Shown here: positions 27,697-37,544 of the stretch, in pieces
Layout of the letters: the number at the start of each line of letters is the position of its first letter
Numbering within the stretch: position 1 is the first letter of the stretch
DNA from: Christensenellaceae bacterium
GTDB lineage: Bacteria > Bacillota > Clostridia > Christensenellales > UBA1242
DNA length: 64,000 bases
Direction of reading: 5' to 3'
Assembly: GCA_031260975.1 (NCBI GenBank)
Contig: JAISKJ010000003.1
Span: 436,065 to 500,064, forward strand
Translations under genes and position numbers: made by a program
The notes under the pieces: model-generated
Told to the model about the DNA's origin: nothing
The model's input: the letters and a program-made list of their open reading frames with translations, nothing else
Databases searched by the model: none

Positions 27697-29010
27697 ATGG
27701 AAAAATGTTACCACATACACACCTACGGCTGCCAGATGAATGTTCACGAATCCGAGAAGCTGGCGGGCGTACTTAATAAATTGGGATATACTGAGACGCC
27801 TGATGAGAAACAGGCGTCTGTTATAGTTTTTAACACTTGCTGCATTAGAGAGAGTGCCGAGCAGCACGTATACGGCAATATTGGAGCGTTGAAGCAGCAT
27901 AAAAAACAAAACCCAGAGCTTATTATTGCGGTTTGTGGCTGTATGAGTCAACAAAAAGCAACTGCCGATAACATAAAGGCAAAGTATCCTTTTGTAAACA
28001 TAGTTTTTGGAACGCATAACATTCATATGTTTGAAGAATATCTCAAAGAGGCTGAGAAAGAAAAGCATGTGTTTGCTTTGTGGGAAAAAGAACAAGAGAT
28101 TGTTGAAAACACATCGGTATACAGAACCAGCGACAACAATGCGTGGGTTAACATAACTTATGGTTGCAACAACTTTTGCACTTATTGCATTGTTCCGTTT
28201 GTGCGAGGGAGAGAACGTAGCCGTAAAGCGGCCGATATCATAAACGAAGTCAAGGGATTGATAGGAAAGTATAAAACCATAACGCTTCTTGGGCAAAACG
28301 TAAATTCATATGGAAAAGACTTTGGTGATGGCACAGATTTTGCGGGGCTGCTTGAGGATTTAGCTAAGCTCGAGGGAGATTTCAGAATAAAGTTTTTGAC
28401 TTCGCACCCAAAAGATTTGAGCCAAAAAGTTATTAATGTGATTGCAAAAAACAATAAAATGAGTAAAACAATTCATTTGCCTGTGCAGTCTGGCAGCAAC
28501 AAGATTTTGAAGCTTATGAACCGAAGTTACACCAGAGAGCACTATATTTCATTGATTGACAGCATAAAAAAGGCTATGCCTGATGCTGTGATTACGACTG
28601 ATATTATAGTTGGATTTCCAGGGGAAACCGATAGCGATTTTGAAGAAACTATGGATTTGTTAAGGTATTGTAACTTTGCCGGAATTTTTGCTTTTATGTA
28701 TTCAAAAAGACGTGGTACACCTGCTGAAATAATGGATGGACAGGTTTCGATTGAAACAAAGCGAAAGCGTGTGAATGCCGCTCTTGACCTTCAGCGCAAA
28801 ATTAGCGCTGAGGTTATGCAGAGCTTTTTGGGTAAAACCTTAGAGGTTTTGACAGAAATGTTTAACGGTAAGGTTGTGGGACGAACGGAATTCGGAAAGC
28901 TTGTTGACCTTGATAAAGAGGCCGAACAAGGCAGTTTTTATGAGGTAGAAATTACTAAGATACTCAGCAAGAAGTTTGCAGGCAAGATTTTGAACAAAAG
29001 GGTATTGTAA
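27697..29010 (+). CDS. miaB: tRNA-i6A37 methylthiotransferase MiaB
   Basis: MEKCYHIHTYGCQMN N-terminus, radical-SAM CNNFCTYC, TRAM domain. Confidence 0.92.
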   Translation: MEKCYHIHTYGCQMNVHESEKLAGVLNKLGYTETPDEKQASVIVFNTCCIRESAEQHVYGNIGALKQHKKQNPELIIAVCGCMSQQKATADNIKAKYPFVNIVFGTHNIHMFEEYLKEAEKEKHVFALWEKEQEIVENTSVYRTSDNNAWVNITYGCNNFCTYCIVPFVRGRERSRKAADIINEVKGLIGKYKTITLLGQNVNSYGKDFGDGTDFAGLLEDLAKLEGDFRIKFLTSHPKDLSQKVINVIAKNNKMSKTIHLPVQSGSNKILKLMNRSYTREHYISLIDSIKKAMPDAVITTDIIVGFPGETDSDFEETMDLLRYCNFAGIFAFMYSKRRGTPAEIMDGQVSIETKRKRVNAALDLQRKISAEVMQSFLGKTLEVLTEMFNGKVVGRTEFGKLVDLDKEAEQGSFYEVEITKILSKKFAGKILNKRVL

Positions 29011-29021
29011 GAAACCAAACG

Positions 29022-29113
29022 GGGCATTTTGTCACAAAAAGCAGCAGGCTTTTTGTGACGGCACAAACACAGTTTGTGCCGTGGGCGCCCAAATATGGGC
29101 GCGCAAAATGCCC
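29022..29113 (+). other. structured intergenic element E1: three hairpins closed by a 10-bp outer stem
   Basis: Outer GGGCATTTTG/CAAAATGCCC (29022-31/29104-13); H1 29032-58 (11 bp), H2 29059-81 (10 bp), H3 29085-102 (7 bp). Confidence 0.7.
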
Positions 29114-29134
29114 ATACCTAAAAGGAGAAATGAT

Positions 29135-31714
29135 ATGGCACTTTCACCAATGATGCAACAGTATATGGAGATAAAACAAAACTATAAGGATTGCTTGGTA
29201 TTTTGTAGGCTCGGAGATTTTTATGAGCTGTTTTTTGACGATGCTTTGATAGCCTCAAAAGAGTTGGAGCTGACTCTCACGGGGCGAAACTGCGGCCTTG
29301 AAGAAAAGGCTCCCATGTGCGGTGTTCCTTATCACGCTGCCGAAGGGTATATAGCCAAACTTATTGAAAAGGGCCATAAAGTAGCAATTCTTGAGCAGCT
29401 CAGCGAGCCCGCTCCAGGCAGGCTTGTTGACAGACAGGTGGTAAGGGTGATTACTGCAGGCACGGTGACCGATGCCGGCATGCTTGATGACAAAAAGAAT
29501 AATTATATTGCGAGTATATATTTAGGTGACAAGGGCGCGGGAATTGCTTATGCCGATGTTGCAACGGGTGAATTTTGCGTAAATTCCTATCAGGAAGAAT
29601 TTTTGACAAACCTCAATGACACTCTTACGCGCATAAGACCTGCTGAAATAATATGCTCAAAACGGGTGCTTGAACAAATTGCCGAGATTCCTTGCGTGAA
29701 GGCTAACATAATGCCTCGGTTTGAAGAATATCCCGAAGTTTTTTTTGACTACAAAAACGCAACCGAAATAATAAAGCGCCAGCTTAAGATTGCTACGCTC
29801 ACAGGTTTTGATTTTGCCAAGCTTGAATATGCAATTTGCGCCAGCGGAGCGCTTATAAATTATATATTAGAAACTCAAAAACGAGACCTTAATCACATAA
29901 ACCGCATTATATGCGAAAAGAATGATTCTTATCTATATCTCGATCCGGCTACAACTCGCAATCTTGAACTTGTTGAAACAATCAGGGAGCAAAAGAAAAA
30001 GGGCTCATTGCTGGGGCTTTTGGATAATACCAAAACCAATATGGGAGCAAGGCTTCTGCGCACATGGATACTTCAGCCTTTGCGTGACCCAGAGCAAATC
30101 AATCGCAGACTTGAGGCTGAGGAAGAACTTATTGGCGAGCATATTTTGTTTAATGACATAACGGCGAGTCTTTCAAAAGTTTCGGATATCAGCAGGATTG
30201 CTGGCAAAATATCCTTTAATACCGTTATGCCGCGCGATTTGATTTTGCTCAAAAATTCGATTAAAGAAGCAATGGAGCTTAGTGTACTTGTAAAAAATCT
30301 TAAGAGTGAGACTTTAAATGGGCTTATTTCGGATTTTTATAAACTTAAAGAAGTTTTTGAAGAGATTGAAAAGGCTATTGATGAGGAACCACCTTTGGTG
30401 CTTACCAACGGAGGTTATATAAAGAAGGGATTTAGCGGTGACCTTGACAATCTTCGTGCCACAACAACTGACGCTCAGCAATGGCTTGCGGCACTTGAGG
30501 CAACCGAGCGTGAGCAAACGGGTATCAAAAACATTAAGGTTGGATATACGCGTGTGTTTGGATATTACTTAGAGGTTCCCAAGTCTCAGCAGGATCAGGT
30601 GCCGTATAGATATCAACGCAAGCAAACGGTGGTAGGAGCTGAGCGATATGTCACCGAAGAACTCAAACAGATTGAAGAAAAAATAATGAACAGCGAAGAG
30701 CTTTCACTCAAGCTTGAACAGCAGTTATACAGCGAGCTTAAAGAGTTTTTAAAAACCGCTGTAACAGCTCTTCAAAAAACGGCAGGAGACATTGCTATGC
30801 TTGACTGTATATGTGCACTTGCTGAAACTGCAAAGACACGCGGCTTTATAAAGCCCGTTATAAACGGCGGCATAAAGGCAATCAATATAACAGATGGCAG
30901 GCATCCCGTGGTTGAAGCGTTGCTTAAAGATGAGCAGTTTGTTCCTAATGACTGCTATCTTGACTGTGATAAAAACAGAACTATGATAATTACCGGTCCT
31001 AATATGGCCGGCAAAAGTACCTATATGAGGCAGGTGGCACTCATTGTTCTGCTTGCTCACATGGGCAGTTTTGTTCCGGCAAAATCTGCTGAGATTAGCC
31101 TTACTGACCGAATTTTTACTAGGATTGGCGCCAGCGATGATCTGGCATATGGGCAGAGTACGTTTATGGTGGAGATGGTTGAGGTTTCAAACATTTTAAA
31201 CAATGCAACCAAAAACAGTCTGCTTGTTTTGGATGAGGTTGGCCGAGGTACTTCCACTTTTGACGGGCTCAGTATTGCGTGGGCGGTAATTGAACATGTA
31301 ACCAAAAACATAAAAGCCAAAACACTTTTTGCCACGCACTATCACGAGCTTACTGAACTTGAAGGGCAGCTGGAGGGAACGAATAATTACCGCGTGGCTA
31401 TTCAGGAGTTTAACAACAGCATAATTTTCCTTCACAAAATTGTAAGAGGAGGCACCAGCCGAAGCTTTGGAATTGAAGTGGCGTCCCTTGCCGGCATAGG
31501 TTCAAATATAATAGGGCGGGCTAAGCAGATTTTGCATACCCTTGAGCAAAATGACCTTGAGGGTAGCAGTAAGCTTGTAACACTTGAAAAATCCAAAGAA
31601 CCAAAGGGGGAACTAACAGGCAAGCTGAAAAACCTTGATATGAATACTGTTACTCCTTTGGTGGCGTTTGACATTTTAAAGGAACTAAGCGATAAAGCTA
31701 AAAGGAGTGACTAA
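29135..31714 (+). CDS. mutS: DNA mismatch repair protein MutS
   Basis: MALSPMMQQYMEIK start with AAGGAG SD; GPNMAGKST Walker A; ORF-track start 29081 lies inside element E1. Confidence 0.97.
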   Translation: MALSPMMQQYMEIKQNYKDCLVFCRLGDFYELFFDDALIASKELELTLTGRNCGLEEKAPMCGVPYHAAEGYIAKLIEKGHKVAILEQLSEPAPGRLVDRQVVRVITAGTVTDAGMLDDKKNNYIASIYLGDKGAGIAYADVATGEFCVNSYQEEFLTNLNDTLTRIRPAEIICSKRVLEQIAEIPCVKANIMPRFEEYPEVFFDYKNATEIIKRQLKIATLTGFDFAKLEYAICASGALINYILETQKRDLNHINRIICEKNDSYLYLDPATTRNLELVETIREQKKKGSLLGLLDNTKTNMGARLLRTWILQPLRDPEQINRRLEAEEELIGEHILFNDITASLSKVSDISRIAGKISFNTVMPRDLILLKNSIKEAMELSVLVKNLKSETLNGLISDFYKLKEVFEEIEKAIDEEPPLVLTNGGYIKKGFSGDLDNLRATTTDAQQWLAALEATEREQTGIKNIKVGYTRVFGYYLEVPKSQQDQVPYRYQRKQTVVGAERYVTEELKQIEEKIMNSEELSLKLEQQLYSELKEFLKTAVTALQKTAGDIAMLDCICALAETAKTRGFIKPVINGGIKAINITDGRHPVVEALLKDEQFVPNDCYLDCDKNRTMIITGPNMAGKSTYMRQVALIVLLAHMGSFVPAKSAEISLTDRIFTRIGASDDLAYGQSTFMVEMVEVSNILNNATKNSLLVLDEVGRGTSTFDGLSIAWAVIEHVTKNIKAKTLFATHYHELTELEGQLEGTNNYRVAIQEFNNSIIFLHKIVRGGTSRSFGIEVASLAGIGSNIIGRAKQILHTLEQNDLEGSSKLVTLEKSKEPKGELTGKLKNLDMNTVTPLVAFDILKELSDKAKRSD

Positions 31715-33558
31715 TGAAAATAAACATATTAGACAGTAGCATATACAATCGAATTGCAGCGGGTGAAGTTGTTGAACGTCCTCATTCGATTGTCAAGGAG
31801 CTTGTTGAAAATAGCGTTGATTCGGGGGCTGACAGTATAATAATAGAAGTTGTGGGCGGCGGTATGCGCTCTGTGAAAGTGACTGACAACGGCAGTGGAA
31901 TTGACTTTGATGACCTGACGGCCGCATTTTTGCCGCATGCAACCAGCAAAATCAAAACAACCGACGACCTGAATTCAATCGCTACGCTGGGTTTTAGAGG
32001 TGAAGCACTTGCCAGCATCGGCTCGGTAAGTGAAATTATGTTGAGCTCCAAAACTAAAGGAGCCACTACCGGCGGTGAGGTTGAAGTAAGAGGCGGAACC
32101 ATTTCTAAACCCCATCCTAAGGGGTGCCCCGAAGGGACGCATGTTGTGGTGAATAACTTATTTTTTAATACTCCGGCCCGAGCCAAGTTTTTAAAGTCAG
32201 CCAAAACTGAAGAAAGTTATATCACCAATCTGGTTGAGCGCACAATCTTAGCCCATCCGAATATCAGTTTTAAGTATATTGTCGACGGCAAAATTGTATA
32301 TCAGACAACGGGCAAAGGCCTTGAAGAGGCGATTTATGTGATTTATGGCAAGGAAACAACGGGAAACTTAATCAGTGTAGAATATAAAAATTCTAGCCTA
32401 ACCATATCCGGTTTTGTGGGCCGACCGACTTATACTAAGCCTAATCGTACTTATCAGACGCTGGTCATAAACGGCAGGTATGTTGTTGACAGTCTTGTTT
32501 CAACGTCGGTTTTCAATGCTTTTTCGAACTATATGATGAAGGGCAGGTTCCCGTTTTTTGTTCTTTTTATAAATATGCCCTATGAGGATGTTGATGTAAA
32601 TGTTCATCCAAACAAGCTGGCTGTAAGATTTGTAAACTCCAATGGTGTGTATGTTGCGGTAAGCAATGCTGTCAGCGGCGCGTTGCTTAACGCCAACAAT
32701 ATTGTTGACGCTGTGACAACTGCTGAAAACGAGCCGATTGTGCCGATGCCAAAGGTGACGGGCAGGAGTTTTGGGGAGAGTTTGCATAATACTATGCAAA
32801 CCTTGGATGAAAAATTGCATAATACTATGCAAACAATTGACACAAAGCCCGCAGTTTCAAGTCCGATACTGCCAAATATTCCTATTACGCCTGTGGCAAC
32901 GCTAAAGGATGATGGTGGAATATATTATCAGACACTTCAGAATTATGTCAAGGCAGCTGCTCAGCCTGAAGTTTCACTTGCCGAAGGAGTTGAGGATTTT
33001 AAGATAATCGGCACAGTATTTACCACCTACATAATTGTGGAGCACAAAGGTGAAGCATATTTTATTGACCAGCACGCAGCGCACGAGCGGCTTTTGTTTG
33101 ACAAATTTTCGGCCGAATTTGAAAAGAAACAGGTTAATATCCAACAGCTGTTTGTGCCGTATGTGTTGCGGATTAATAGTGTTGAGGATGTATTTTTAAA
33201 GGAACACCTTAATGATTTTGGTGAGCTGGGCTTTGAGGTTTCGGAGTTTGGCAATCTTTCATACAAGGTTTCAAGTGTGCCGCTTAGCCTCAGTCAAATA
33301 GACCTGAGTGCATATTTTGATGACAGTCTTAAAAACCTTAACAAGCTTGGCAGCAGCGTTGAAGTCAGGCACTTTTTGGCCACAAAGGCATGCAAGGCAG
33401 CGGTCAAAGCCGGGCATGATTTAAATGGCACTGAAATTGCAACGCTGCTTAAAGAAATCAGCAAATCGGGAACAACCTTGCTTTGTCCGCACGGTAGGCC
33501 TGTTTGCGTAAGGCTTAAAAAAACCGACGTTGACAAATGGTTTAAGAGGATTGTATGA
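31714..33558 (+). CDS. mutL: DNA mismatch repair protein MutL
   Basis: 614 aa; GHKL ATPase motifs (ELVENSVDSGA, DNGSGI), C-terminal dimerisation domain (FIDQHAAHER). Confidence 0.95.
   Translation: MKINILDSSIYNRIAAGEVVERPHSIVKELVENSVDSGADSIIIEVVGGGMRSVKVTDNGSGIDFDDLTAAFLPHATSKIKTTDDLNSIATLGFRGEALASIGSVSEIMLSSKTKGATTGGEVEVRGGTISKPHPKGCPEGTHVVVNNLFFNTPARAKFLKSAKTEESYITNLVERTILAHPNISFKYIVDGKIVYQTTGKGLEEAIYVIYGKETTGNLISVEYKNSSLTISGFVGRPTYTKPNRTYQTLVINGRYVVDSLVSTSVFNAFSNYMMKGRFPFFVLFINMPYEDVDVNVHPNKLAVRFVNSNGVYVAVSNAVSGALLNANNIVDAVTTAENEPIVPMPKVTGRSFGESLHNTMQTLDEKLHNTMQTIDTKPAVSSPILPNIPITPVATLKDDGGIYYQTLQNYVKAAAQPEVSLAEGVEDFKIIGTVFTTYIIVEHKGEAYFIDQHAAHERLLFDKFSAEFEKKQVNIQQLFVPYVLRINSVEDVFLKEHLNDFGELGFEVSEFGNLSYKVSSVPLSLSQIDLSAYFDDSLKNLNKLGSSVEVRHFLATKACKAAVKAGHDLNGTEIATLLKEISKSGTTLLCPHGRPVCVRLKKTDVDKWFKRIV
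32782..32832. repeat. two perfect direct copies of the palindromic repeat, in frame inside mutL
   Basis: TTGCATAATACTATGCAAAC at 32782-32801 and 32815-32834, period 33 nt, translated LHNTMQT twice. Confidence 0.92.
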
Positions 33559-34469
33559 AAAAGCCTAAAATTTTAGTGATAACCGGGCCTACGGGCAGCG
33601 GAAAGACGGATATAGCCATTGAGTGCGCTAAGCAATTTAACGGCGAAATTGTCTCTGCCGATTCGATGCAGATTTATAAGGATATGGATATCGGAACGGG
33701 TAAAGTAGCCGAAAAACAAGGTGTGCCGCATTATATGCTTGACATAATAAACCCTGACCAAGGCTTTAGTGTCAAGCAATATAAGTATATGGCCCAAAGC
33801 TTTATAGACGATATTTTGGCAAGGAATAAGGTTCCTATAATTGTGGGCGGCACCGGTTTTTATATTTCGGCGTTGATTTTTAATATGAGTTTTGGTAACA
33901 CAGGAGGCCCGACTGAAGTTCGTGGAAAATATAGAAAACTTTATGAGGAACACGGCAGCGAGTATTTATATGATATGTTGAAGCGTGTTGACAGTAAGTC
34001 GGCCGAAGCAATTGATAAGAACAATATCAAAAAAATAATCCGCGCACTTGAAATTTTTGAGGTGACGGGAAAGCCCAAGAGTGAAATCAACGACCCCGAG
34101 CCTCAGTATGATTTTGCGCTGGCGGTGCTAAATCCGCCCAGAGAAAAGTTGTATCAAAATATCAACCGCAGATTTGATGATATGATAAGGCTTGGCCTTT
34201 TTGAAGAAATAAAGCGGGTAGTCAAACAGTATAATCTGACCCAGGATTGTCAAAGTATGCAGGCTATAGGCTACAGGGAATTTTTGCCTTATCTAAACGA
34301 CCAAGATGCGCTGGAACAACAAGTCAGTTTGGCTGCCCAACACAGCAGAAATTTTGCAAAACGGCAAATAACCTATTTTAAAGGCTTTAAAACGGCTGTA
34401 TGGATTGACCCAATACTTGAAAAAAACAAAATATTTGACTATTTCAAAGACTTTTTATCTAAAAAATAA
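33555..34469 (+). CDS. miaA: tRNA dimethylallyltransferase MiaA
   Basis: 304 aa; P-loop GPTGSGKT, SADSMQIYK motif; overlaps mutL stop. Confidence 0.94.
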   Translation: MKKPKILVITGPTGSGKTDIAIECAKQFNGEIVSADSMQIYKDMDIGTGKVAEKQGVPHYMLDIINPDQGFSVKQYKYMAQSFIDDILARNKVPIIVGGTGFYISALIFNMSFGNTGGPTEVRGKYRKLYEEHGSEYLYDMLKRVDSKSAEAIDKNNIKKIIRALEIFEVTGKPKSEINDPEPQYDFALAVLNPPREKLYQNINRRFDDMIRLGLFEEIKRVVKQYNLTQDCQSMQAIGYREFLPYLNDQDALEQQVSLAAQHSRNFAKRQITYFKGFKTAVWIDPILEKNKIFDYFKDFLSKK

Positions 34470-34480
34470 GGAGAAAGATA

Positions 34481-35707
34481 ATGAATATAAAACCGATTAT
34501 TACAAAAGCTGAACAGAAAATACAGCCTAGGTTTAAGGCTTTAGAGGATACAGCACTTTTTAATCAACACAAGGTTTTGAGTGCGCTTAAAAACAACAGG
34601 GTAGCTCTGAGGCATTTTGCGGGCACTACCGGTTATGGTTATGATGATGCGGGCAGAGATAATTTGTTTAAGGTGTATTCCGAGGTGTTCGGGGCCGAGG
34701 CTGCAATTGTGTCATATAATATCACTTGCGGCTCACATGCACTGAAAGTTGCTCTCTATGGAATTCTGCGCCCGGGCGACACTATGTTGGCTATAACCGG
34801 CAAGCCTTATGACACCATGGACATAACAATATTCGGTGATGGTGACAAAGATAATGGCAGTTTGAAGGATTTTGGTGTTATGTATAAACAGATTGACCTT
34901 AAAGACGGTAAGTTTGATGAAAAGGCAATTTTAGAAGAAGTAGCAAAAAATCCCAAAATAATATTTTTGCAGCGTTCAAAGGGATATAGTTTGAGGGATG
35001 CTTTGAGTATAGAGCAAATTGAGGACATAATAAAAAAGATACGTACTGTTAATAAAACCGGATTTATTTTTGTGGACAACTGTTATTGTGAATTTGTAGA
35101 TATGCGTGAACCATGTGAGGTCGGTGCCGACATTGCGGTTGGGTCGCTTATAAAAAATCCCGGCGGAGGAATTGTTCCCACCGGCGGATATATTGTCGGC
35201 ACTCAGCGGGCGATTGCTCTTATTGCCACCTCACACACGTCTCCGTCACTAGGTCTTGAAGTGGGTTCTAATGAGCAAGGCTACAGGCTTCTTTATCAGG
35301 GGCTTTTTATGGCACCTCATATTGTTTTACAATCGCTCAAAGGTGGACTTTTAATTGCTCAGACCATGGAGGATTTGGGCTTTGAGGTTTTTCCTAAAGC
35401 CCAAGAGCCTATGTATGATATTGTCAGGGATATAAAATTTAAGACTAAACAAGAGCTTGTCAATTTTTGTGTGGGTATTCAGCATGCATCTCCTGTGGAT
35501 AGTTTTGTTGACCCTGAACCTTGGGATATGCCGGGGTATATTGATCAGGTTATTATGGCGGCAGGTACATTTGTTCAGGGAGCGTCAATTGAGTTGTCGT
35601 GCGACGCGCCTATTAGGGAACCATATATTTTATATTTACAGGGCGGGCTTACGTATGAGCATGTTAAGCTTGCACTGAATGAGGCTATAGGGAATTTAAG
35701 GAAATAG
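34481..35707 (+). CDS. PLP-dependent aluminium-resistance/YnbB family protein (methionine gamma-lyase-like)
   Basis: 408 aa; RHFAGTTGYGYDDAGRD motif typical of this family; usual neighbour of lexA in Clostridia (from memory). Confidence 0.75.
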   Translation: MNIKPIITKAEQKIQPRFKALEDTALFNQHKVLSALKNNRVALRHFAGTTGYGYDDAGRDNLFKVYSEVFGAEAAIVSYNITCGSHALKVALYGILRPGDTMLAITGKPYDTMDITIFGDGDKDNGSLKDFGVMYKQIDLKDGKFDEKAILEEVAKNPKIIFLQRSKGYSLRDALSIEQIEDIIKKIRTVNKTGFIFVDNCYCEFVDMREPCEVGADIAVGSLIKNPGGGIVPTGGYIVGTQRAIALIATSHTSPSLGLEVGSNEQGYRLLYQGLFMAPHIVLQSLKGGLLIAQTMEDLGFEVFPKAQEPMYDIVRDIKFKTKQELVNFCVGIQHASPVDSFVDPEPWDMPGYIDQVIMAAGTFVQGASIELSCDAPIREPYILYLQGGLTYEHVKLALNEAIGNLRK

Positions 35708-35720
35708 ATACGGGCTTTTG

Positions 35721-36314
35721 TTACAAAAATCGTATAATACCCACAACCCGTCCCAAAATTTTGACATCAAAAAAATATTGCGGAGCATATTTGTTGTTGT
35801 AGGCTTTTAACATTATATTTCCGTCCTGCCTGAAAAACCGTCTAAAAATCGGTTCATTGTTTATTACACATAAAATAATATCGCCGTTGTCGGCGTAAGT
35901 TTGTTTTTTTATTATAGCCAAGTCCCCCTTAATAATTCCGATACCTGTCATGCTGTCGCTGTCAACGCTGATTGCAAACAAATCTCCGTTAAAAAGATTG
36001 GCCGATACCTTAAAGCTTTGATTATAATAATCAAGAGACAGAGGCTTTTTAATGGTTATTTTATGGATAGTGCAAAATTGTTCGTTCAGGCTTTGTGAAT
36101 AGTCCGGTATAATTTCTATGGCACGGTTTTTATTGGTGCCTTTTCTGATTTTACCTCTTTCTTCAAGTTTTGTCAGGTAATAGAATATAGTGGAAGTTGA
36201 TTTAACATTCATTTCTTGCATAAGCTCGCGCACGGTAGGAGGATATCCATGCTCGCTAAGATGAATTTTAAGAATACGAAGGAGTTTATTTAGGGTTTCT
36301 TCTATTTTTAGCAT
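35721..36314 (-). CDS. lexA: LexA repressor (S24 peptidase)
   Basis: 197 aa; N-terminal wHTH (GYPPTVRELM), S24 domain with DSDSM serine and downstream Lys. Confidence 0.87.
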   Translation of the reverse strand: MLKIEETLNKLLRILKIHLSEHGYPPTVRELMQEMNVKSTSTIFYYLTKLEERGKIRKGTNKNRAIEIIPDYSQSLNEQFCTIHKITIKKPLSLDYYNQSFKVSANLFNGDLFAISVDSDSMTGIGIIKGDLAIIKKQTYADNGDIILCVINNEPIFRRFFRQDGNIMLKAYNNKYAPQYFFDVKILGRVVGIIRFL

Positions 36315-36324
36315 AGATTTTCTC

Positions 36325-37362
36325 CTAATTATCCCGCAGTTTCACCTTATTTGCAGCGGATTTTCGGATATCCTCACTTATGGCGGCGTAATGTTTTCGT
36401 GTGGTGTTTACGTCTTTATGCCCCAAAACATCGGCCACCATATAAATATCGCCTGTTTCACGATATAAATTTGTGCCGTATGTACTTCTTAGCTTGTGGG
36501 GTGTAATTTTTTTGAGAGGAGTGGATACCGAACTATATTTTTTTACTAATTTTTCAACAGCTCTAACGCCGATTCTTTCGTTTCGAAGCGATAGAAATAG
36601 TGCATTGTCGTCGGTTTTTTTGTTAAGCTTGCGTTTTTCAAAATATTCTCTTAAGGCATCAGCCACTTCATCCGAAAAGTATAATATTGCCTGATTTCCG
36701 CCTTTTCGCATAATTCTGAAACTATTTGCATTAAAGTCGATATCATCCAAATTTAAACCCACAAGCTCGCTTATACGAATACCTGTTCCTAAAAAAAGCG
36801 TTAAAATTGCTAAATCTCGTGTTCTGGTATGCTTATTAAATTCAAGTTGCATATGGCTGAATTTGATAGGGGCTTCGGTTTGGTCCAAAAGCTTTACCAC
36901 CTCGTCAACCTCAAGGCGGATAATTTCTTTAGTGTGAATTTTTGGCATTTCTATTTTTGTTGCAACATTGGCGTCCAGCTTATCTTTGTTAAAAAAATAT
37001 TTAAAAAGACTGCGCACTGCTGCCAACTTGCGTGCCTTTGCCTTGTCGTTATTCTGAATTTTTTTGCCGTTATGCTCATAAAAACTCAGATATGATAAAA
37101 ACTTTTCAATATTTGAAGAGGTGACTGCATTTAGGTGCTTAAGTTCGAGCTCGGTAATCCGAAAGTTGTCGAATTTGGGAAGTTTTTTTACTAAAAAGTC
37201 AAAAAAAATGCCCAGATCCCTCGCATAGTTTATTCGAGTAAGAGGGGTGGTCCGGCTTTCAATACCTATGAAAAAGTCTTCGCAAAATTCGGGAAGCTCA
37301 CCCATGATGTTGTCTAGAGCTTGCGTATTTTTTTCGTTGCGTTCGACAAAATAATTACTCAC
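36325..37362 (-). CDS. tyrosine site-specific recombinase, XerC/XerD-like
   Basis: 345 aa; SAM-like N-domain, catalytic R..HKLR..LGHKDVNTTRKHY; GTG start; co-oriented 10 nt upstream of lexA. Confidence 0.85.
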   Translation of the reverse strand: MSNYFVERNEKNTQALDNIMGELPEFCEDFFIGIESRTTPLTRINYARDLGIFFDFLVKKLPKFDNFRITELELKHLNAVTSSNIEKFLSYLSFYEHNGKKIQNNDKAKARKLAAVRSLFKYFFNKDKLDANVATKIEMPKIHTKEIIRLEVDEVVKLLDQTEAPIKFSHMQLEFNKHTRTRDLAILTLFLGTGIRISELVGLNLDDIDFNANSFRIMRKGGNQAILYFSDEVADALREYFEKRKLNKKTDDNALFLSLRNERIGVRAVEKLVKKYSSVSTPLKKITPHKLRSTYGTNLYRETGDIYMVADVLGHKDVNTTRKHYAAISEDIRKSAANKVKLRDN

Positions 37363-37368
37363 AAATAC

Positions 37369-37397
37369 ATTTTATCAAATTTCGCACAGGTTGTAAA
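37369..37397 (-). promoter_or_regulatory. promoter of xer-lexA (TTTACA-17-TAAAAT), GTG start 6 nt after the -10 box
   Basis: -35 at 37397-92, -10 at 37374-69, GTG at 37362-60, no SD. Confidence 0.5.
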
Positions 37398-37544
37398 GGA
37401 ATTAGTACCTGCATATAAGTTTCTTGGATTTTAGCCGTAATGCATATGCGTCAAAGTAGATATGTATTTATTTTGCCTTATGTCAAAAAGTTTAAGCGAA
37501 TATATTTAGTTACTTGGAGTTAAGAGAAAAAGGCGGGCATTCAT

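Noticed and set aside
27625-28296. 223-aa minus-strand ORF
   Set aside because: It is entirely antisense to the strongly supported miaB gene. Similar antisense shadow ORFs (3217-3792, 9801-10463, 20682-21353, 37567-38043, 1418-1961) were rejected for the same reason.
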